A stretch of 64,000 bases of DNA from Laetmonice hystrix (taxonomy: Eukaryota): NCBI GenBank assembly GCA_965235115.1, contig OZ249436.1, forward strand, positions 51,028,001 to 51,092,000, read 5' to 3'. Made by a program: the position numbers and the translations under genes. Below the pieces are notes generated by a model. It worked only from the letters and a program-made list of their open reading frames with translations, was not told the origin of the DNA and did no database searches. Shown one piece after another: positions 55,401 to 64,000 of this stretch (its first letter is position 1; every line of letters starts with the position of its first letter).

Positions 55401-58036
55401 TGCTCAGGACGGTTATAGACCCACCGACAGTCTGACTGCTCATGGCGGTTATAGACCCACCGACAGTCTGACTGCTCTAGGCGGTTATAGACCCACCGAC
55501 AGTCTGACTGCTCAGGGCGGTTATAGACCCACCGACAGTCTGACTGCTCAGGGCGGTTATAGACCCACCGACAGTCTGACTGCTCTAGGCGGTTATAGAC
55601 CCACCGACAGTCTGACTGCTCAGGACGGTTATAGACCCACCGACAGTCTGACTGCTCGAGGCGGTTATAGACCCACCGACAGTCTGACTGCTCGAGGCGG
55701 TTATAGACCCACCGACAGTCTGACTGCTCGAGGCGGTTATAGACCCACCGACAGTCTGACTGCTCAGGGCGGTTATAGACCCACCGACAGTCTGACTGCT
55801 CAGGGCGGTTATAGACCCACCGACAGTCTGACTGCTCTAGGCGGTTATAGACCCACCGACAGTCTGACTGCTCTAGGCGGTTATAGACCCACCGACAGTC
55901 TGACTGCTCTAGGCGGTTATAGACCCACCGACAGTCTGACTGCTCAGGACGGTTATAGACCCACCGACAGTCTGACTGCTCAGGGCGGTTATAGACCCAC
56001 CGACAGTCTGACTGCTCAGGGCGGTTATAGACCCACCGACAGTCTGACTGCTCTAGGCGGTTATAGACCCACCGACAGTCTGACTGCTCTAGGCGGTTAT
56101 AGACCCACCGACAGTCTGACTGCTCTAGGCGGTTATAGACCCACCGACAGTCTGACTGCTCAGGACGGTTATAGACCCACCGACAGTCTGACTGCTCGAG
56201 GCGGTTATAGACCCACCGACAGTCTGACTGCTCTAGGCGGTTATAGACCCACCGACAGTCTGACTGCTCAGGGCGGTTATAGACCCACCGACAGTCTGAC
56301 TGCTCAGGGCGGTTATAGACCCACCGACAGTCTGACTGCTCAGGGCGGTTATAGACCCACCGACAGTCTGACTGCTCTAGGCGGTTATAGACCCACCGAC
56401 AGTCTGACTGCTCAGGACGGTTATAGACCCACCGACAGTCTGACTGCTCTAGGCGGTTATAGACCCCCCGACAGTCTGACTGCTCTAGGCGGTTATAGAC
56501 CCACCGACAGTCTGACTGCTCAGGACGGTTATAGACCCACCGACAGTCTGACTGCTCATGGCGGTTATAGACCCACCGACAGTCTGACTGCTCTAGGCGG
56601 TTATAGACCCACCGACAGTCTGACTGCTCTAGGCGGTTATAGACCCACCGACAGTCTGACTGCTCATGGCGGTTATAGACCCACCGACAGTCTGACTGCT
56701 CTAGGCGGTTATAGACCCACCGACAGTCTGACTGCTCTAGGCGGTTATAGACCCACCAACAGTCTGACTGCTCTAGGCGGTTATAGACCCACCGACAGTC
56801 TGACTGCTCTAGGCGGTTATAGACCCACCGACAGTCTGACTGCTCTAGGCGGTTATAGACCCACCGACAGTCTGACTGCTCAGGGCGGTTATAGACCCAC
56901 CGACAGTCTGACTGCTCAGGACGGTTATAGACCCACCGACAGTCTGACTGTTCAGGGCGGTTATAGACCCACCGACAGTCTGACTGCTCTAGGCGGTTAT
57001 AGACCCACCGACAGTCTGACTGCTCGAGGCGGTTATAGACCCACCGACAGTCTGACTGTTTAGGGCGGTTATAGACCCACCGACCGTCTGACTGCTCTAG
57101 GCGGTTATAGACCCACCGACAGTCTGACTGCTCTAGGCGGTTATAGACCCACCGACAGTCTGACTGCTCTAGGCGGTTATAGACCCACCGACAGTCTGAC
57201 TGCTCGAGGCGGTTATAGACCCACCGACAGTCTGACTGCTCTAGGCGGTTATAGACCCACCGACAGTCTGACTGCTCAGGGCGGTTATAGACCCACCGAC
57301 AGTCTGACTGCTCAGGACGGTTATAGACCCACCGACAGTCTGACTGCTCTAGGCGGTTATAGACCCACCGACAGTCTGACTGCTCTAGGCGGTTATAGAC
57401 CCACCGACAGTCTGACTGCTCGAGGCGGTTATAGACCCACCGACAGTCTGACTGCTCTAGGCGGTTATAGACCCACCGACAGTCTGACTGCTCAGGGCGG
57501 TTATAGACCCACCGACAGTCTGACTGCTCAGGACGGTTATAGACCCACCGACAGTCTGACTGCTCTAGGCGGTTATAGACCCACCGACAGTCTGACTGCT
57601 CTAGGCGGTTATAGACCCACCGACAGTCTGACTGCTCTAGGCGGTTATAGACCCACCGACAGTCTGACTGCTCAGGGCGGTTATAGACCCACCGACAGTC
57701 TGACTGCTCGAGGCGGTTATAGACCCACCGACACTCTGACTGCTCAGGGCAGTTATAGACCCACCGACAGTCTGACTGCTCAGGACGGTTATAGACCCAC
57801 CGACAGTCTGACTGCTCTAGGCGGTTATAGACCCACCGACAGTCTGACTGCTCAGGACGGTTATAGACCCACCGACAGTCTGACTGCTCAGGGCGGTTAT
57901 AGACCCACCGACAGTCTGACTGCTCAGGACGGTTATAGACCCACCGACAGTCTGACTGCTCAGGACGGTTATAGACCCACCGACAGTCTGACTGCTCAGG
58001 GCGGTTATAGACCCACCGACAGTCTGACTTCTCAGG
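52406..58036. repeat. 36-bp minisatellite, ~156 copies, 5.6 kb, intronic
   Basis: Unit cggttatagacccaccgacagtctgactgctc + variable tagg/aggg/agga/gagg/atgg. Confidence 0.98.
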
Positions 58037-58406
58037 CTCGTCCAGTATTAAATAGGCACGTTGTAAAAACATGGGGGAGGAGTATTTCTTTCTGACGAAA
58101 ACATAATTTATATCCGACCGGGATTAAATCCAGTTAATTTATCCTCATCATCATCATCATCCTCATCATGCAGTCCCGTGGGGTCAGGTAGCAACACGCC
58201 TCCTCCCCCCGCGTACAGTAGATGAGAGAGAGTGGGTTCTCGCCCTGATGAGGACCTTTTGCTGACAACAAAGCAAAATACCACAAATCACTATTTTCAA
58301 CCTTTTTCCACGTGATAGAAAATAGAAATCAGACCTCCCACAGAGTGTCCATTTTTCTACAGCAAGGCTAGTCATCTATTTTTCAGTTTTATCATGATTT
58401 TTACAT

Positions 58407-58605
58407 GTGGAGGGCCACGTTTAAGAACCCTTAGCATCTATAAGCGAAAAGAGTTAGGGGTTCGTCCCGGTGCGCGAGGTTCTTCCTATCATCTCCTCAT
58501 TATCACCCAATGGATTTCACAGACAGAGTTAGTTCAAACAGTGTTTTCGCCCTGATATAGCTGAAATACTGCTGACTGGGCGTTAAACACCAACTACCCA
58601 CCCCA
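58407..58605 (+). mobile_element. 5'-truncated SINE-like fragment
   Basis: ccacgtttaagaaccc...gaaaagagttaggggttcgtcccggtg resembles from memory a Nin/Deu-type SINE core; tail gatatagctgaaatactgctga..ggcgttaaacaccaa resembles invertebrate SINE 3' tails. No tRNA head seen. Confidence 0.5.
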
Positions 58606-59746
58606 CCCGAACCACCGCCCCCGGAGCTTTCTTTTCGTTCTGCCAGCCCTGATTGAGGGCCATATTGTTACTCGATATCCTTGATCTATATATCTCCGAA
58701 CCCTATTTCTACCCAGCCCACGTACCTTACCCCTACCCTATATAGATTATGAGAGAGGGGGTAGCAGTGTTATATAGGTCTGGCCATGACATCTAGCATG
58801 CGTCTAAAGAATTCTGACAAAAATACCCGCCAGTGGCTATAATGGAATCGAACATATCACACATTATTAAAGCTAAACGGAACGCTCTTCGGTTCTGGGT
58901 AATGCGCTATACTCTTGACAACCCGATGCAATACTATTCCTGTCAAGCAGGGGAAGAGAAAATATGGAGAAACAATAACCGAAAACGCTTGTTTCAAATG
59001 AGATTTGATTTAAATCGTCAGTTATTAGATAAAAGTTTCGGAAACCAGGTGACATCTTCCATTGAACGTTCTTTAAATCATGATTTTTACATTTAGTTCC
59101 AAGATTAACACAAGGTTTTCCGAGTCCCGAGGGGGAATTACAAACAGAACGTTTCGGCTGCGTTTTCCTAAGAAGAACTGACAATGCAATTTAGTCGTTC
59201 TTACTTTGGGATTCCCCGAAGCTTATGGCTTTTTTACGCACTCTGCCCCAGTAATTTCCCTCAGCCGTGCATCAGGAGGACATTTAGTCAACATCAGACG
59301 TGGGGTATCTTTTTCAGTAAGTGTTCTTTTGAAGTACTGGCAGTTGTGTTGTTTTTAATTTTTCAATGAGTGTATTTCATTTAAGCTGTTATCATCAGAA
59401 GCCGTTCAATGATTTGATTATCATTTGCAAGGAAAGACCATTAGATTGTGTATTTGACTAAGATGCTGACCGTGTTGTAATATGATAATAATAATTATAA
59501 TTATAATCAACCTTATAAATTGTAATATCCACCACCCAGGCTGACGTACACATTACGTCTAAATCAAACTGGAGTTAACAAGAAGTGGGGGTGGATCAAT
59601 TTCTGTTGGTATGCGGTGTTCACCTGGTTTCCAGATGCCGCCTCGGTTCTCATGGCAACAGATGATTTCTGAAAGAGTCCATACAATGTTTTGTGGGGAG
59701 AATGGTTTCTACGACTAATATCAGGTTTAACCTTTGTGTTTTTCAG

Positions 59747-59830
59747 GATGAGAAGGAAGCGGACAAACCCCCGCCCAACGAGGGTCAGCTCGGCCCACGG
59801 CCCACGGCCCATCACCTGCAGCGGAAAGAG
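59747..59830 (+). CDS. BAIAP3: Internal coding exon, DEKEADKPPPNEGQLGPRPTAHHLQRKE
   Basis: Polypyrimidine acceptor ctttgtgtttttcAG, donor GAG|GTGATC, 84 nt, phase 0/0, GC-rich relative to flanks. Confidence 0.75.
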
Positions 59831-61369
59831 GTGATCACTCAAACTAATTACTTTTCATCTCATCTCATGAAATCGGTTTCTGCCGCCCGACACGGTTTAG
59901 CCATTGTGAAAATCATCTGCATTAGTGCTTCAACTGAAACAGCCAGGCAGGTTTTGGAGGGTCCCTGTTCATTTGGTGTTTTACGCATTCTCCATCAACG
60001 ATCGTGGTAAGCCATATAATACATGAATTCAGTGAATCGACGTGCAGTCGGCCCAGAGGACAATATCATGGGGGGTTCTCTGGTATAAAAGGCGTCATGC
60101 AACAGCGAATGATGCCTTGCACTGGATTGGCTGAGATAGAACCAATTTAAACAAAGTATTAGTCGTTAATCAGACACTAATTAAGATGCAATTCTAAACA
60201 GAATCATCGCACAAAATTCAATCATTCAAATTTACCCTTTTTAATGTTTCAAATATTAACAAATATTGTATTCTTCAGTTCAGATGTACCAACCTATCTT
60301 TGACATGTTTTCTGTACCATTTGGGCTATCAAACAAACATAGGGGCATAGTTCTTGCCTTGTACCAAGAAAGATGGTGAAGGCCATGATCATGGCAGGAC
60401 TTTCCTACGATTTGTTATTATAAGGACCAATATATTCTGGGTGGAGGAAGCGCATCGCCAGCAAGACGGAGGTGGGGGGGGGGGGGGTAAGGGGAGGGGT
60501 AATATATCAGTAAGCCTAGGCTATAGCAGTACTAAATCACAGGCTTTGAGAATCAAGTGACTTGAGAAGGTGGGAGACTCGGGGGGGGGGGGGGGGGGGT
60601 CGGTCCCATTATTCCACTGGAAACCAAACTATGTATCAGTGAGGTAGTGACAGGCCCCAGTACCTGTACATCCGTACCGGGGGGGGACTCACATGAAACG
60701 GGTGGGGTTATCAAGGACGCTCGAGCCTAAATCTATAATTTATATCTTGTGTTTCCTTGACACCAGCGGGCTCTGCTGGTAGTGTCAACAGTCACCTCAT
60801 CATGACACCATATACTTCCATTGCCATTACGGCAGACATTTCTCTTCTCAGAGGACGTGCACTCTCCGTCGTGAGGACTGGTCGTTCTGTTCAAGGGAGT
60901 GAATATCTTCACCGGCAGTCTGTCACAGTAATCGTGAACAGGGGCCGGGAGGGGGGGGGGGGGTTCCCGTGATGCGGTTCACTGTAGAGTCCAAACGGTC
61001 GGGGCAGTGACAGCCCTGCGGGGAACACGACTGCCACTCTGATTGAAGGTAGCACCGTGGAGGTTTCCGAGAGAACTCCAATATATATCTGTAATTAAGC
61101 GTAGGATGCTTTTAAGGTTTCCACGCGGTGGGGCCACTGTACTGAGCAAGTATAGGGTCAAGTCAGCTCAGCCACCAGTATGGGCCTCTGATTCCAGACC
61201 AGTGCTGGCGAATTGATCGCCTGCCATTTCCGAGGATCCTTTTACTTCGGAATTACCCCACCAGTTTGCAGGATATTTTCTGCGGTGGCGTCACGTGATA
61301 ATAATTATTGAAAAATTCTAAGGACATAATTTCATTGGTATAAAATGTGATGGTGGAAGAAGGTTATTT

Positions 61370-61707
61370 GAACTAGCGGTTTACACTGAGACAAGAGTCC
61401 CGTTAATAAAATCCCAGGTAATACCTTCAGCAGAACTAGCGGTTTACATTGCACACTGAGACAAGAGTCCCGTTAATAAAATCCCAGTAATACCTTCGGC
61501 AGAACTATAGCGGTTTACATTGCACACTGAGACAAGAGTACCGTTAATAAAATCCCAGTAATACCTTCGGCAGAACTAGCGGTTTACATGGCACACTGAG
61601 ACAAGAGTACCGTTAATAAAATCCCAGTAATACCTTCAGCAGAACTAGCGGTTTACATTGCACACTGAGACAAGAGACCCGTTAATAAAATCCCAGTAAT
61701 ACCTTAG
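61370..61707. repeat. ~69-bp tandem repeat x5
   Basis: Unit gaactagcggtttacattgcacactgagacaagagtcccgttaataaaatcccagtaataccttcagca. Confidence 0.95.
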
Positions 61708-61793
61708 GCAACTTATTCCGCGTATTCTCCTAGCTGAAAATATTCCAATCTTCCAACGTGAATTACATGACAAGTTTGTCCCTTTTTTTTCAG

Positions 61794-61961
61794 TTTGAGC
61801 TGCTCTACATCGAGGTATTGTACACAATCAAGCATAAGATCGGGACGACCTCTGGTGGCCACCTACCCTTCATCCAGGACCTCTACCTGTACGCCAGGGA
61901 GGCGTTCGGAGTGACCCCCGAGGAGCACGCTAAGCTCCTGGCCAAGGCCAGCGAGGAGAAG
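61794..61961 (+). CDS. BAIAP3: Internal coding exon, FELLYIEVLYTIKHKIGTTSGGHLPFIQDLYLYAREAFGVTPEEHAKLLAKASEEK (precedes C2A domain)
   Basis: Acceptor ccttttttttcAG, donor AAG|GTGGGT, 168 nt, phase 0/0, strong GC3 codon bias, recognisable Munc13-4/BAIAP3-like segment. Confidence 0.9.
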
Positions 61962-61975
61962 GTGGGTGGATTTAT

Positions 61976-62672
61976 TGACTGTTGGTTGGTCCCGTCTGAC
62001 TGTTAGCTGGTCCCGGCTGACTGTTGGCTGGTCCCGGCTGACTGTTGGCTGGTCCCGGCTGACTGTTGGCTGGTCCCGGCTGACTGTTGGCTGGTCCCGG
62101 CTGACTGTTAGCTGGTCCCGGCTGACTGTTGGCTGGTCCCGTCTGACTGTTAGCTGGTCCCGTCTGACTGTTGGCTGGTCCCGGCTGACTGTTGGCTGGT
62201 CCCGGCTGACTGTTGGCTGGTCCCGGCTGACTGTTAGCTGGTCCCGTCTGACTGTTGGCTGGTCCCGGCTGACTGTTGGCTGGTCCCGGCTGACTGTTGG
62301 CTGGTCCCGTCTGACTGTTAGCTGGTCCCGGCTGACTGTTAGCTGGTCCCGTCTGACTGTTGGCTGGTCCCGGCTGACTGTTGGCTGGTCCCGGCTGACT
62401 GTTGGCTGGTCCCGGCTGACTGTTGGCTGGTCCCGGCTGACTGTTGGCTGGTCCTGATTGATCGTTGGCTGGTCTCGGCTGACCGTTAGCTGGTCCCGGC
62501 TGACTGTTGGCTGGTTCTGACTGGTTCTGACTGACTGCTAGCTGGTCCTGACTGGTTCTGACTGACTACTGGCTGGTCCCGGCTGACTGTTAGCTGGTCC
62601 TGACTGGTCCCGACTGACTGTTAGCTGGTCCTGACTGACTTCTGGCTCATCTTCACTGACTACTGGCTGGTC
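61976..62672. repeat. 21-bp minisatellite, ~30 copies, degenerating to the right
   Basis: Unit ctgactgttggctggtcccgg. Confidence 0.97.
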
Positions 62673-64000
62673 CTAGGTGCGGCTCTGCGTTCGGGCAAAG
62701 CTGAGGGGGAAAGGGTTAAGTATGCCGATTTTGTGACCGTCTTTGGGGGCTAACATGTCTTGTCTTGATTTTCGTCCCTAATTTTAACCATCTCTCCCCA
62801 CAGTAGTTCTGTCAGTGGCATGTATCTTAATTGGTGGGGAGGGGTTTTCTATAGCTGGCTTTGTTCACCCATTCCAGCAATAGACTCCTCTATTTGTTAC
62901 CGGATTAAAGCCATTTTGATAATTTGGCAAATCTAGTCCCTTTTTGCTCGGTTTAAATGTACAAGGATATGCGTAAAATCCCTGGAAACAAGGACCACAA
63001 TTCATCTAAGTTAGCACATTGGGCTGTCATGTCGGCCAACACTGTCTGTCTGACAGGATCATGATCATGTTGCCCCCTAGCGGCGATCACCTGAATCTGT
63101 TATAGGATTAGTGCCGCTGGCATATGGCCGCCGCGATCCCTGGGTGGAACGGACCAATCAAACAAGGGGAGCGTCACGGTACATATCGTTACGCTTATAG
63201 ACAGCATGGGGTGGGGTTTGGGGGGGGGGTGTCTCTTGATTGCTTTAATTGGGAGTGAATCAGGGGACGGTCATTGACAGGCCGCAGTCAGCACATCGTC
63301 TTTTAAATTGCATTTTAATGACCCTCTTTCTCAAGTATAGAATATACAGTATTGAAACCTGTTCCAGCCCTGGGAGAGATGTGGATTACATTCTGTCTGG
63401 ATTATTCTGTCAGGATTATTCTGTCTAGCCAGTAGCCGCTGCCTGTAAGTCGACTCCCTCTGAATCCCGTTAGGTTTTCAGCGGTGTGGAAATTCATAAT
63501 ATTAGTGTCAGTCAGTTGTTATTTTTTCTTTTTCTTCTAGGATATATTCATCACGATGTGAGTCAGTTTGTTGAGGCCACCCAGCATTGTATTCCTCAGA
63601 CATCGAGGCACTCGCTATGGAGACATGTTTAAAGTTTATCAAACTACGTCAACACACCCGGCTAACCTGATTGTTAGCGGTAATAAAAAACGTGCATGGA
63701 ACTGTACGTGGATGTCTGAGAGTCACTGCACTCCGAGTCTCACCATTGGGGGACTGCTAAATTTTTATATTTTGGTGTGGCTGGTGGTGGTGAGGTAGAC
63801 AGCATCTAATTGAAATTCGCTGTCGGTAGCACGGGCACAATGTGTTCCCTGTACGCGATCATCTCCCTGGCCGGATTATGAGACCGGTATTAGACAGTCG
63901 GCTGTGGTACCCCCCCCCCCCCCCCGCCTCCTCCCCAACCCTTCGGTAATGTCAATACCACCTTAAACTGAGCCGGTCCGCCAAAGGCATTAGTGCTGTT

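Larger units (their letters stand above)
9935..64000 (+). other. BAIAP3: 5' portion of a multi-exon Munc13-4/BAIAP3-family gene (C2-MUN-C2 vesicle priming protein); continues beyond the window
   Basis: GT-AG exons join in frame: ...VQEADGNFFESFTALAWQQENRRRRAACE|DEKEADKPPPNEGQLGPRPTAHHLQRKE|FELLYIEVLYTIKHKIG...LLAKASEEK. The motifs FFESFTALAWxQENRR and LLYxEVLYTI resemble, from memory, the pre-C2A region of BAIAP3/Unc-13-4 (staccato) proteins. Confidence 0.8.

Noticed and set aside
1927..58036. Tandem arrays as CRISPR arrays
   Set aside because: No unique spacers between repeats, no cas genes, eukaryotic exon-intron context.
53489..58072. 1527-aa ORF as a confident gene
   Set aside because: It is a pure translation of a stop-free 36-bp unit, antisense within an intron; the array continues past the stop. 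Kept only as a finding.

Overview
Animal (probably marine invertebrate, lophotrochozoan-like) genomic DNA, not prokaryotic. The window holds the 5' part of one large + strand gene of the Munc13-4/BAIAP3 family. Three frame-compatible internal coding exons (42735-42822, 59747-59830, 61794-61961) follow two candidate alternative first coding exons (9935-10371 and 28009-28223). Both candidates end in phase 2 and splice in frame to the 42735 exon. The rest is intronic or upstream DNA, about a quarter of it (my rough sum, ~17-18 kb) made of ~20 distinct mini/microsatellites, the largest a 5.6 kb array of 36-bp units. There are also non-autonomous DNA transposons (Tc1/mariner deletion derivative, Kolobok-like, Harbinger-like, Crypton-like, other MITEs), a SINE-like fragment, a dispersed ~290-bp duplicate and a probable P-type excision footprint. 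All long ORFs in the ORF track arise from tandem repeats. I see no CRISPR array, rRNA or tRNA, and no firm evidence of a new biological system. Family assignments come from recalled motifs, not database searches.
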